In this document: one piece after another, positions 13,864-33,460 of the stretch
Position numbering within the stretch: the first letter of the stretch is position 1
Layout: each line of letters opens with the position of its first letter
Program-made: the position numbers and the translations under genes
Notes under the pieces: generated by a model
What the model saw: the letters and a program-made list of their open reading frames with translations, nothing else
What the model was told of the DNA's origin: nothing
Databases searched by the model: none
Assembly (NCBI RefSeq): GCF_009914755.1
Contig: NC_060933.1
From: the human T2T-CHM13v2.0 reference genome, Homo sapiens
Strand: one strand, 5' to 3'
DNA length: 64,000 bases

Positions 13864-14004
13864 GTAAGTGAATGAAAATGGTCTAATACTATTTTTCTTA
13901 TCACTCACACAGGAAACCAGGATTACCGAGGAGGAAAAAAAGCCTTCCTGTGGTGCTCAACTGTGATTCCTTTTCACCATTCACCCTGGATGTTCTCTTC
14001 ACTG

Positions 14005-14084
14005 TGGGATGAGGTAGTAGGTTGTATAGTTTTAGGGTCACACCCACCACTGGGAGATAACTATACAATCTACTGTCTTTCCTA
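14005..14084 (+). ncRNA. MIRLET7A1: pre-miRNA let-7a-1 (5p 14010-14031, 3p 14061-14081)
   Basis: TGAGGTAGTAGGTTGTATAGTT (let-7a-5p), loop TTAGGGTCACACCCACCACTGGGAGATAA, then complementary arm CTATACAATCTACTGTCTTTC. Confidence 0.99.
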
Positions 14085-14394
14085 ACGTGATAGAAAAGTC
14101 TGCATCCAGGCGGTCTGATAGAAAGTCAGTTAACTAATTGTACAATATTTAAGATTAACTTGTCTTAAAGAGATGTAGTGCAGCATTTGTTTATGGCCTG
14201 GAAATAAATTAATTTAGAGATAAAGTCTGTAGCAAGTACACTGGATGGGGGTGGGGAAACCTTTTGCTTCTTGTCTTATTTCTCTGTGTCAGAATAAATG
14301 TATTTTTTTATTTTGATTTATGCTGATAATTTTATGTTGAAATTTTCTTTCGAAAGAGATTGTACTTTCCATTCCAGAAGAAAACATTGCTCTA

Positions 14395-14481
14395 TCAGAG
14401 TGAGGTAGTAGATTGTATAGTTGTGGGGTAGTGATTTTACCCTGTTCAGGAGATAACTATACAATCTATTGCCTTCCCTGA
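14395..14481 (+). ncRNA. MIRLET7F1: pre-miRNA let-7f-1 (5p 14401-14422, 3p 14457-14478)
   Basis: TGAGGTAGTAGATTGTATAGTT (let-7f-5p) and 3p arm CTATACAATCTATTGCCTTCCC; starts 390 nt after let-7a-1. Confidence 0.99.
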
Positions 14482-16147
14482 GGAGTAGACTTGCTGCATT
14501 ATTTTCTTTTTATTTAGATGATATTAAAACTCAGAAGAATTAATTTTGACATTTTGTATTTACAGTTTATCAGTTAATTTTCTCTGTTCAAGTAGTACAG
14601 TAGGCACAGATTAACATTTAAATTTTTCACATATGGTATATTTCAGAAATTTGAAGTTAAGCAAAAATTTTAATGAGTAGAGAAAGTAAGTAGCCTTCAG
14701 GAAATCTTCATAGAGGACCAGGCCCTTTTGGAATTGTGAATAGGTTTATTGCCTTACATCCTGGTACACATGTCCAAGGTCAGGTCCTGGGTGGTAAAGG
14801 TAAATACAAATTGGAAGGGCACTGTGTGAGCCAAAATGAGTCAGATTAGTCATGATTCATTTCCAGTTTGGGTTTTGGGTGGTCTTGGAGAATGTTGTAA
14901 GCACTGCTTCATTGATAGGTTGATTGAGCCAGACTTTACTCAGCAGCCTGGAAAAGGAGAGATGGGCTCTGGGTTCTACCTTTGCTCACTGGTAAGTTGC
15001 TAAGATTTCAGCTTTGCCCTCAAACCCTGAAGTAGTCCTTCATTCACACAGTGGGATCACTCGAAAATGTCAGATGGGGAAGTCCATAGGTTGTTACTTT
15101 AAAGAAAATAGAAAAAATGCTGGAAAAGGTTTCTTCAATTTTAATACCCATGAAGGCCCATGTTTTAGCTTTCCTCCGATGGGCAAACCATACACTAACT
15201 TGGGCCTTGTAATCAACAAGCAAGGCTAAAAGCTCTCTAAGTGCTTGCTGTTTAAACTATTTTGTGTTGGAAGAAGAGTTGGAAAAGAGGCAGTGTGGAG
15301 GTGAGGGAGAAGTTCCCTCCCTCCAATCATTTCCAATAAATGGAAATTTAAGGAGAAATTTGTGTTTATCCTTAATATCTAAGATAATCACTGTGCAGTG
15401 CCATTGGTACTTTTCATGAGAGTAGAAACATCAAACTTCCTTGGATGGGCCCAACCCAGGTGACTTAACTCTGGACCAAATGTATGCTTTTTGTTTTATC
15501 CACTGTGGACAGCTGCATAGATAATTGGTCTTTGTTCTAAACTGCACATAAAAACATGGGAGAAAATGACATTTGTTGCCTTTTGATGTGCCAAAGAAGA
15601 GTGGGAATGTTCTAAGAATTCTTTTTGGCTTAATCTTTGTTGAATTGAAAATATGTATAACTCTTCTGCTGAAAGTGTAGCAAGTACAGTCATGAAATTT
15701 TGTGGTCTTCCTGACATGTTCTTCCAGCATAACGTTGCCACCTTCAGTTGGAAACGTATCCTTATCTAATAATTAAGCCCTGGAGAAAAATTAATTTATA
15801 TATTTTATTAATTACATAAGGACATTGTTATTAGCTAAGCAGAGTAAGTAAATCGAAATAAAACTTTAAAAATGCCTTTATGGAGAGAATGACTATCTCT
15901 GAAAGCTTGTTTTTAATGATGATAAAATTCATGATCAGAATTTGTTTCTGTTTACTTTAATTCAGGGGTCAAAAACTGAAATACCATCAGAGGCCCAGGA
16001 GGGGCTAGTTGTAACTGGCAAATATAGTAAATTAATTTGCTCTGGTTGATAGGTAGCAAGCAGGGTTTATATACATTGTCACCTACTTTTCCAGTTAACA
16101 GGAGAGACTGGAGATTTTATGAAATTTGATATTTAAATGTTGGTAAC

Positions 16148-16581
<434 letters not shown>

Positions 16582-16881
16582 TTAAATGTTAAAAGTCAGC
16601 GACTCCAGTAATACGTGGTGGGCTGAGTATTAGACTACTGGCTTACATCCTCTGATGTCATTACTTTCTTGTTCGTTTGTGACTTGAGGTTGGATTTTAA
16701 GCAAATGTATTTGTGGCTTTTTACCAAGGTCATATGGCCAGATAACTTTTCAAAAGCATTAGTTAAAGAATTCTGATTAGTTTGAATTAGAAACAAAACT
16801 CAAAGAACATGACCTAATTTAACAGGTTAATTTGAAGTGCATCTGCCAAGTAGAAGACCAGCAAGAAAAAAAAAATGGGTT

Positions 16882-16968
16882 CCTAGGAAGAGGTAGTAGG
16901 TTGCATAGTTTTAGGGCAGGGATTTTGCCCACAAGGAGGTAACTATACGACCTGCTGCCTTTCTTAGG
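16882..16968 (+). ncRNA. MIRLET7D: pre-miRNA let-7d (5p 16889-16910, 3p 16943-16964)
   Basis: AGAGGTAGTAGGTTGCATAGTT (let-7d-5p) and 3p arm CTATACGACCTGCTGCCTTTCT. Confidence 0.99.
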
Positions 16969-17513
16969 GCCTTATTATTCACCGATAACCTGTTTCCTTG
17001 CTACTTTGCTTTGGTGTAAGCAGAGTTCTTTCTGTAGGTTTTTTCAAATGAAAACATTGCAAGAATATCAAAGAGAGCAGTGTTTGCGTTAGTGATTATA
17101 AACTGCAGCATGGTGCTGACATTGATAACTGAAAGTCAACTAATGAGAATTTGAGACTTCTGAAGTACACTTAGTTGCTAGTGTCTCCCTTTTGGTGTCA
17201 CTGGAAAGTTTAGAAAGCATGGTTTTGTTTTTGCTCAGGTTTCTCTTTCTGTGATGCAGAGACTCTCAGCTGTTCCTCCTCTATGTCTACATTATGTCTG
17301 AAGGAAAGAATTTAACAAAACTTGAAATACTGCTGTTTTTCTACAATGTTTGTAAATATTTATCTTGCTGCTTTTCTAGGTTTGTCTTCTGGATTTAAAA
17401 TTTGGGGCGGCTGGGGTGGAATTGCATGGTTTGGGAATGGGTAATTGAGCTGCTGCTCATTATGGTATGTAACAGTGATTTGTCTGTTTAATATGTACAA
17501 GAACTGGAAGGTC

Positions 17514-17590
17514 AATAAAATGAAAGTGGTTGTCTTGACTGGGTAATAGTGTTACATATTTTGTTAAAAGTTATACATCTTTTCAATAAA
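17514..17590 (+). terminator. Tandem polyadenylation signals
   Basis: AATAAA 17514-17519 (TGTA upstream at 17494, GT-rich downstream) and AATAAA 17585-17590 (GTGCTTTTT downstream). Confidence 0.65.
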
Positions 17591-17849
17591 AACACTGCAT
17601 ACTTCAAAACTAGTGCTTTTTAAGTCATCCTTAACCCTTATCCCCATCCTTGCAGTAGTAGATGCATTTTTCATTTGTAATTATTATGATTTGTTCTTAG
17701 TTTCATTTTTCATTAGCAATAATTTGGTGATTGGATGGTCATTTACAGATGTTTTAATAAAGCTAACACGAGCAATTTCCAGCTCTTCCATTTTTGTAAA
17801 CACTTGTGTGACTTTGTACAGACAATTAACTGCTCAGGATCACCCTCCT

Positions 17850-18561
<712 letters not shown>

Positions 18562-18879
18562 TGAGAAAGTTGAAAGGAAATTCAGTGGAGTTTCCCATCC
18601 TGCCCCTCTGCTGCCTAGCCCCTTGCTCCAGTGGAAGGAAGAATCGTGATCTAGGGATGTTCTCATACTTGGGGCTTTAAATTTCCTTTATGAATTGAGA
18701 TGGTTGGGTATGTTTTCTAAGGTACCTTACATGGTACAGTTCTTTAAAGTTGAAGATTTAAGTTGTGGCAAAATTGCATCAATTTCATGTGCACTGATTT
18801 AGGCGAAGATGCGTAGGAAAAGAGCAAGGAAATGAGGTGTGATAGGATTGGGGTAATTTCAAAATGAGTATTTCTGCCT

Positions 18880-19139
<260 letters not shown>

Positions 19140-21154
19140 GTGTTTCTAGTTTCACTTATTCTAAATTTATGTCTAACCATTTTTAGTGAAGTATTTGAGT
19201 CACATCAGCTAGCCTTTTTCCTACAGCGTTGAAGTAATTTTCTAGGTTCCTTGCTCTCCCCCCATTTTATTTCCTACTTTGCTTTCTGTTGTTGGGGTCC
19301 TATGGGGAGGGCTGGGAAAGGAGTTGGGCCCTCTTAGGACTGGTCATCAATCTTTGTTCTGAGCAGTGTTTTGTTTTCTGGTTGAATGGCTGACCTGAAG
19401 GAAGCATCAGACTCCTTGGGATTCTGAAATCCTATTTCTTGATAGAAACCCATAACTTATTTTAGTTTGACTTAAAAACGATCCATAAGTAAGCATGCAG
19501 GGTTGGTGTAACTGCATTGAACTGGTAACATCAGAAACACGGGTAGAAATGAGGTACCCCAGTGATACGGAAGCTTTGTGACTGATGTCCTGGATTCTTT
19601 CTAGCTTTTCTTCCAGCCCTAACACATGGTTTCCATTCTCAAGGTTACCTCTGTAACAACTGACTGCTATAACTGGCCACGTCGTTTTTCCATTCATGAA
19701 GATGGAAAAAGGAAAAGGCAGAAGGGACACTTTTATGGTTGAATTCATTTAGTTTTCTCAAGAAATGCCACCTAGTGACTCCTTTACGTGTAATCCCTTG
19801 GAACTATCACAGACTAGACCAAGGAATCCTGGAAAGTGGTCCTGGCAGGACTGATTGCCAGGCTGAATACAATCAGGGTCCCACTAGTAAGGAGGGGAGA
19901 AAGGAAATAACACAGATAGTTATCTGCAGTAATTGGCATTAGGAAAAAAAACTTGACAAAGACTGACAAGCTCTGTTCCACTCCTGCCATTTAAAGAAAA
20001 ACACACACACGCATAAAAACACCAAGTGGCCTCAGATAGGCAGCACTCCTCCTGACCCTGGGCTTCAGAAATTTTCACTGGGAGTCTGATGAGGCTCAGC
20101 CACAGTTGTGTGGGACTGTTCTCAATTTCAAGCAGAGGAGCAGAGAAAGCTGGTTAGTTGCGGAGGCTTCCCACATTACTTGGACCCTACAATATATATG
20201 ACTTCTATCACAGGACATGGTACAGAACTGGAACAATAAAGCATTTTTTAAAATTTAATTTCTTGAGCAATTTTAGTTTCACAGCAAAATTGAGCAGAAA
20301 GTATAGTGTTCACATATACTTCCCTGTTTATTACGCACACACTGCCTTCCTCACTACTGAAGTCCTGACCATAATGATACATTTTAATAAAGCAGTTTGT
20401 TTTTCCCTTTTCTTTGAAGTTGTTCCATCATGAGAATTAGGCTAAAAGTCTTAGCTTACTGCCCCATGGAAGGAAGGACAAATAGCAATGACCAAGCAAC
20501 GTATTTTTAGCTTTGAGGCCAAAATTGGCTGAAAATGACAGAAGCAGTTACTTCAGAGAAAATGATTTTTTGCAGTTCTGCATAAATTTGAAGAGGTAAA
20601 CCTGGATTGCTGAGAACAATGAGTTATATGCAGTGGACTAGAGGAAGATGCATATTCAACCATGTCTTTTTTTCCATCCAAGAAGAGTTACTAGCAAGCA
20701 GTAAGATGAGAGGAAATGAAACCAGTCAGACTGCTGAGTGCTGGAGAAGCGGTCCCTGTGCACACTCCGGCATGGGCATGGTAGGACTACCTGTATGGAT
20801 TAAGGGGAGTCAAGGGTCAGGGGATGGTTGATCTGCATTTTTTCCCCCAGGGCATAACCTGAGACCACAAAGCTTCTAGGGAAGGGTTGTGTACATCATG
20901 GCCCCACAGCAGTGAGAGGCTTGAAGAATGCTCTGGCTAAAGACACGGAGGTGCTGTGGCAGGCACTGTTACTTGCCTACCCAAATATCCCCTTGCTGGG
21001 AGAACCTTGATTTTGTTGAGGTATGGATCTCAGGAAAGTTACCCTAGTTTTTTGTCTAGGGGTAGGCATGTGACCAGATTTGATCAGTGAGATGTAAAGA
21101 CCAGTGGTAGGGAGAGGGTTTCTTTCTTTTCTTCTCCCTCCCCCGACCCACCCC

Positions 21155-21439
<285 letters not shown>

Positions 21440-22370
21440 TAGGTTTGAATGTGGTTGTGTGATGATCAGAGCTGCTGCAGCCATCTTGTGACCACGAAGG
21501 GTAGGTTAGGTCAATAATATCAACCAAGAGTTCTGACATTACTGAGCTGTTGAGTCAATGCCAGCATCTGCTCTCCTCTACACTTTGTATTATATGAGAA
21601 AAATGAACTACCTTATAGTGAATGGGGGTTATGAGACTTGCAGGGAAAAGCTCTCCTCACAGGATCCCACATAGGGAAGTCCAGGGAAAGCCCCTAAATG
21701 TGAGGGAAGAGGAAAGGTGCTAAGGGGCCATCAGGAAGAAGCCTATGGCTTAGATAAGGATGGTAGACAATGGATCTCTGACATCTGTAGCAGGACCCTG
21801 AACGTGAGCATGAACATGAAGTGGTAAGAGGCTGATGGCAAGACCACATTTCTGAAACTGGGATCTTACAAGTGGCAGGCAGCAAGGACCAAGCTCAAGA
21901 CAGTATGGACCAAACAGTAAGGACACCCCTTCTTAGTGCTGACATGAGTTAAGCCCTTTGGAAATTTAGATCCTCTTGAATTTGATAAACTAACTCTCCT
22001 AAAAACTGCTTTAAATCGAGACAGTTCTCTTAAATGGATGAAATTTCAGTGTTCTGCCATTAGTAGACATGGGGGCTCAAGATACTCGGCAACAAAAGTT
22101 TTTGTTACATTTTTGCTCTCTTGAATGGCAACTGTAAACTTTGAACCTCTGCAGTTACCCTAATGCAGAACTTATTATTTATAGACTTTTTGATGATTTA
22201 CAATGAAATACTGATATAGAAACAGATGTTTAAAAGAAAACTGTATAGCTTGTCTCACTTAAGTAACGTAGCCTAAGTTTCTTAAACCCAAGATCTCATT
22301 TTAGCTACCTAGGTATATTGTCCAGAGTACTGAATATGAGCACATTTCACATGACAGGCTCTTAAATGCA

Positions 22371-22422
22371 AGTGTGTGTGCGTGTATGTGTCTGTGGTGT
22401 GTGTGTGTGTGTGTGTGTGTGT
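22371..22422. repeat. (TG)n microsatellite
   Basis: Interrupted then pure GT run. Confidence 0.95.
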
Positions 22423-23074
22423 AGTCCTTGCATTGCCTGGCATCTTGTTACAGTAATTCATGCACATAAGAACCATGTCCTTGCTTTGCCTTGCCTGGTA
22501 GAGAACTATGCAAAGCAAGAACAAGGCTCCAGTATGAACAAGTTTGTATTAGCATGGTATCATGAAATGTAAGAACTCCCTGTGTATGCTGTATGTACCC
22601 TTTCCTTCTTAAAATATGCCCAGCACCCTTCTATGTCTTTGTCTTCTCATTAGTCTTGGAAATACTGGTCATAGGTCCTCATGGGGAACTAACTTCTCTA
22701 AGCTTTCAGGTTGTATCATCCAGCCCACTGGCAGCTACTTAGGAAGCTTTTTATACTCTACCCTGAAGTGTGGTGTTTTAACTAGGTCTGAAAGCAGAGG
22801 AGTGACCCAGTAGAGGGTCACTGACCAAAATGAGAAATGAGGTGGTTGAGAAAATCTGAAAAGATGCACAAGGTTTCAGGTATAATACATTTGTCTAATA
22901 TCTCCCAAGATTGCAAATAAGTTTCCCTAAGTAGTCTTATGATTATTTTATTATCTTGGGCACTTCAGTATAGGGGAAAGAAGGGCAGAGTATGGTGAAT
23001 GGCAGAGCAGAAGATGCCTAAATAGTTGGGAAAAATAATCCTGTGACTGGAAAACTGCATTAAAAATAATATCT

Positions 23075-23579
<505 letters not shown>

Positions 23580-23628
23580 TCACTGCAGTGTCGACCTCCT
23601 GAGCTCAACTGTTTCTTTATATTTCTGA

Positions 23629-24298
<670 letters not shown>

Positions 24299-24979
24299 TT
24301 GTTTATCCTTTCACCAGTTGGTGGGTATTTGGATTCTTTTTTTCTAGCTTTGGTTCTTATGATTAATGCTGCTACACAGCATTAATGTCCACAATTCTTT
24401 CTGTGGACATCTGTTTTCAGTTCTCTGGGAGAAATACCTAGGAGTGGAATTGCTGAGTTGCATGGTAAATTTAACCTTCTAGGAAACTGTCAGACCGTCA
24501 AACTATTCAATTGTTTCAGCACCATTTGTTGAGAAGACTGTCTTTTTTTAGTCGAATTGGCCTGACACCTTAATTGAAAATTAATTCACTATATATAGGT
24601 GGCCTTATTGCTTGACCTCTATTCTGTTTCATTAATCTATATATCTATCTTTATGCTAGTACCACACTGTTTTGGTTACTGTGGCTTTATAAAGTTTTGA
24701 AATGAGTAGTATAAGTCCTCCAGTGTTGTTCTTTTTCAAAATTGTTTTTGCTACTCTAAGTTACATGCATTTCTATGTAAACTTTACAATCAGCCTGTAA
24801 GTTTCTTAAAAATCTTGGATTTTGACGGGGATAGCTAATTGATAACAATGCTGAGTTTTCCTGTCCACGAACCTGGAATGATCTCTCCATTTCTTTAGAT
24901 CTATAATTTGAGCAGTGTTCTGGAGTTTTCAGTATATAAGTCTTACACTTCTTTTATTAAATTTATTCCTGTTACATTC

Positions 24980-25156
24980 TTTTTTTTTTTTTTTTTTTTT
25001 GAGACGGGGTCTTGTTCTTTTGCCCAGGCTGGAGTACAGTGGCTATTCACAGGTGTGATCATAGTGTACTATAACCTCGACTCCTGTGCTCAAGTGATCC
25101 TCCTGCCCCATCCTCCACATAGCAGGGACTACAAGTGTTTGCCACTGTGTGCAGCT
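24980..25156 (-). mobile_element. FAM (fossil Alu monomer)
   Basis: Retains the 7SL-like GGCTATTCACAGGTGTGATC segment absent from dimeric Alu. Confidence 0.78.
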
Positions 25157-25472
25157 CTTTATTGTTTTTGATAATATTGTGAACATATTGTTTTCTTAAT
25201 TTGATATTCAGATTGTTCATTGCTAAATACAGTTGACATTCATATACTGATCTGTGTCTTGTCACCTTATTGAACTCATTTATTAGTTCTGGTAGTATTT
25301 GGGGGGATTGTTTAGGGTTTACTACAATTTGGATCATGTCATCTGTGAATAAAGACAGTTTTACTATTTCTTATCAATCTGGATGCAATTTCTCTTCCTT
25401 CTCCTTAAAAAATTGCCTTATTCCATTAGTTAGAATCTTCATTACATTATTGAATAGAAGTGGTAAGAAGAG

Positions 25473-25735
25473 GTATCTTACTTTGTTTTATGCTGCTATA
25501 ATAAAATACCACAGACTGGCTAATTTATGAAGGACAGAAATTTGTTTCTCGCAGTATTGAAGACTGGGAAGTCCAAGATCAAAGCACCAGCATCTTGTGT
25601 GGGTCTTGCTGCATCCTCACATAGTGGAAGGTGGAAGGAGAAGAGAGAGCAAATCCACTCCCACAAACCCTTTTTATAGGGTCATTAATTCATTCATGAT
25701 GGTGGAGCTCTCTCATGACTAAACACCTACTCTAG
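25473..25735 (-). mobile_element. Partial MaLR LTR (MST/MLT1A-like)
   Basis: GCTGCTATAATAAAATACCACAGACTGG...CTGGGAAGTCCAAGATCAA. Confidence 0.65.
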
Positions 25736-26007
25736 AATTGCTATTGGAATTTCTTTTTATATTTTCTATCTATGTATTGATATTCTCTATTTGTTTATAT
25801 ATTATATTCTTGGTTCTCTCTAGTTCTTTGTTCTTGGTTTCCTTCAGCTCTTTGAGCATATTTAGGACAGGTGATTTAAAGCCTTTTATATTAAGTCTGG
25901 GCTTCCTCAAGGATGGTTTCTATTAATTTCTTTACTCCTGTTGGCTAGCCATACTTTCCTGTTTCTTTGTATGCCATACAATTTTTTTCTTAAAAATGGG
26001 ATATTTG

Positions 26008-26333
26008 GGCTGGGTATGGTGGCTCACGCCTGCAATCCCAGCACATTGGGAGGCCAAGGCAGGCAGATCACTTGAGGTCAGGAGTTCAAGACCAGTCAGG
26101 CCAACATGGTGAAACCCGCCTCTACTAAAAATACAAAAATTAGCCAGGTGTGGTGGGGTGTGCCTGTAATCCCAGCTATATGGGAGGCTGAGGTAAAGAG
26201 AAAGTAGGCTTGAACCTGGGAGGCGGAGGTTGCAGCGAGCCAAGATCACACCATTGGACTCCAGCCTGGGCAACAGAGTGAGACTCCATCTCAAAAATAT
26301 ATAAATAAATAAAATAAAATAAAATAAAATAAA
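26008..26333 (+). mobile_element. AluS
   Basis: Consensus match with (TAAAA)n tail. Confidence 0.92.
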
Positions 26334-27043
26334 GGGGGATATTTGGAATATTATAATGTGAAAAGCTGATTCTCCCACCTCCCCAGTGTTTGCTGTTGTT
26401 GATTGTAGGTGTTTGCCATCATCCATTTGTTTAGTGACTTTTCCAAATTATATTTGCAAATACTATATTCCTTGTCTTGTGTGGTCACTGAAGTCTCTTC
26501 TCTTATTTTAGCAGTCAGTTATTTCACAGAGATGTGCCTTAATGGCTGGGGCCAAAAAGAAACCAAAACCAAAAAACTCTCCTAGTCTTTGCAGATTGGA
26601 TCTGAGCTGAGGGATTCCTTCAATGCTTAGCCAGGCTATCTATGACTGTGACTTAGTCTTTACCTCCTACTTGCACAGAGTCCAAAAATCAGCCAAAGGT
26701 GCAAGCCTAGGGTTCTATCATTCTTTTTTTATGAGCATGTTCCCAGCCTCATGCATGCATATTGCACTCTGGGTTCTCCAGTATACGCAGTAGCCCTTCA
26801 AAACCATTAATTCCCAAGAAACTTCTGCCTCAGCTTTCTTCTTTCCAGATGTTTGATTCTGTATACCACCCACCAGCTCCTGCCCCATCCACCACACCTT
26901 GATCCAGACAGCTATGTGTAGTATATGTCTGAATGCTTTTGACAGATGTCACCTGGAAAGCCACTCTAGGCTGAAGGGGTTGTAAAAGAGCTTATCCTAT
27001 GCACCAGTCCCTTAGGGAATTGTCAGGTCAAAACTCAGAGCCA

Positions 27044-27397
<354 letters not shown>

Positions 27398-29374
27398 CTA
27401 GGAATGCAGATCCCTGTTCCCATTGCTATTGGTGACCTGGGAAATGGAATTGATAAGAAAGGAAGCAAAAAAATTTTTTTTCGTTAAGCACTTCACTGGT
27501 TGCCGCCAGTTTTGTATTAGAATCCAGAGTTTGAAAAAGTTGATTCTGTCAGATTTTGCCAGCTTAATGGATGCTTCAGTGGAGGGACTGGACTGATTAT
27601 TGGAACTCCCTACTCCATCATTTATGTGGCATCACCTAACTGCTTTTGCTTGCCTTAGAACTTCCAGCACAGATACGAAAAAAAATGGTGAGAGAAGACA
27701 TCCTTGCCTTGTTCTTACATGGAAGACATTGAGTCTTTCACTGTTAGGTATGTTAGCTATAGTTATTTTTAAGAAAATCTTTATCAAGTTTAGGAAATTT
27801 CCCACTATTGCTAGTTTTTTGAGAGTTCTTATGAATGCTATGAATTTTGTCAAATGATTTTCTGTATTTATTAGTATAGTCATGATCATATGATTTTTAA
27901 AATATATATTTTGAAATTTCTTTTTTGTCTTTTATCTTTGTTTTTATGTTATTCCAATGAATTTTTAAAATTTCAATAGCTTTGGGGGTACAAATGGTTT
28001 TTGGTTGCATAGATGAATTATATAGTGGTAAAGAAAGTCTGAGATTTTAGTGCCCTTATCACCTGAGTAGTGTACGTTGTACCCAATATGTAGATTGTTA
28101 TTTCTCACCCTCCACTCCCCTCCTGCTTCTCATTTTCCATAGTCCATTATATCACTCTGTATGCCTTTATGTACCCACTTATACCATACGTTGTCACTTA
28201 CAAGCTTAGTTCTCACTTATAAGTGACAACATATGATATTTTGTTTTTCATTCCTGAGTTACTTCACTTAAAATAATGGCCACCAGCTCCATCCATGTTG
28301 TTGCAAAAGACATTAATTTGTTCTTCTTTGTGGCTGAGTAGTATTCCATGGTATACATATACCACATTTTCTTTATCCGCTTATTGGTCGATGGGCGCTT
28401 AAGTTGGTTCCATATCTTTGCAACTGTGAATTTGCTGCAATAAACATACCTGTGCAGGTGTCCTTTTGATATAATTACTTCTTTTCCTTTGAGTAGATAC
28501 CCAGTAGTGAGATTGCTGGATCAAATGGTAGATCTACTCTTAATTTTTTTGGAAATCTTCAAACTTTTCCATAGAGATGGTACTAATTTGCATTCCCACC
28601 TGCAGGGTATGAAAGTGTTCCCTTTTCACCACATCCACACCAACATATATTGTTGTTTAGCTTTTTAAATAGCCGTTATTGCAGGAGTAGGGTGGCTTTA
28701 CTTTGCATTTCCCTGATGATTAGTGATGTTGAGCATCTTTACATACATTTTTTGGCCATTTGTATATCTTCTGTTGAGAAATGTCTGTTCATGTCATTTG
28801 CCCACTTTTTGATGGGATGATTTGTAGGTGTTTTTTTCCTGCTGATTTGCTTGAGTTTTTTGTAGATTCTGGATATTAGGCCATTGTCAAATGTATGCTT
28901 TACAAATATTTTCTCCCATTCTCTGGGTTGTCTGTTTACTCTGATGATTATTTCTTTTGCTGCACAGAAGTTTTTTAGTTTAATTAGATTCCATTTATTT
29001 ATTTTTGTTTTGTTACATTTGCTTTGGGGGTCTTAGTCATGAATTACTTGCCTAGGCCAATATCCAAAAGAGTTTTTCCTAGGTTATCTTCCAGAATTTG
29101 TATGGTTTTGGGTCTTAGATGTAAGTCTTCCATCCATCTTGAGTTGATTTTTGTGTAAGGTTAGAAATGGGGATCCAGTTTCATTCTTCTACATGTGGCT
29201 AGCCAGTTTCCCAGCACCATGTATTAAATAGGGTGTCCATTTGCCAATTTATGTTTTTGTATGTTTTGTCAAGGATCAGTTGGCTCTATGTATTTGGCTT
29301 TACCTCTGGGTTCTCTACTCAGTTCCATTGGTCTACATGCCTACTGTTATACCAGAACTATGCTGTTTTGGTAC

Positions 29375-30111
<737 letters not shown>

Positions 30112-30603
30112 GTAACTATAGCCTTGTAGTATAATTTGAAGTCTGGTAATGTGATGCCTCCAGATTTGTTCTTTTTCTTAGGATTGCTTTGGTTATTCAG
30201 GCTCTTTTTTGGTTCCATATGAATTATAGGATGTTTTCTTTAATTCTGTGAAAAATAATGTTTGCATTTTGATAGGAATTGCATTGAATCTGTAGATTGC
30301 TTTGGGCAGTATGGTCATTTTCACAATATTGATTCTTCCAATCCATGAGCATGGGATGTGTTTACATTTGTTTGTGTCATCTATGATTTCTTTCAGCAGG
30401 GTTTTGTAGCTCTCCTTGTATAGCTCTTTCACCTCCTTGGTTAAGTATATTCCTAGGTTGGTTTTTTGTTTATTTGTTTGTTTGTTTTGCAGCTGTGATA
30501 AAAAGGGATTGAGCTCCTAATTGGATTCTCAGCTTGGTCGTTGTTGATGTGTAGCAGTGCTACTGATTTGTGTACATTGATTTTGTAATCTGAGACTTGA
30601 CTG

Positions 30604-33460
<2,857 letters not shown>

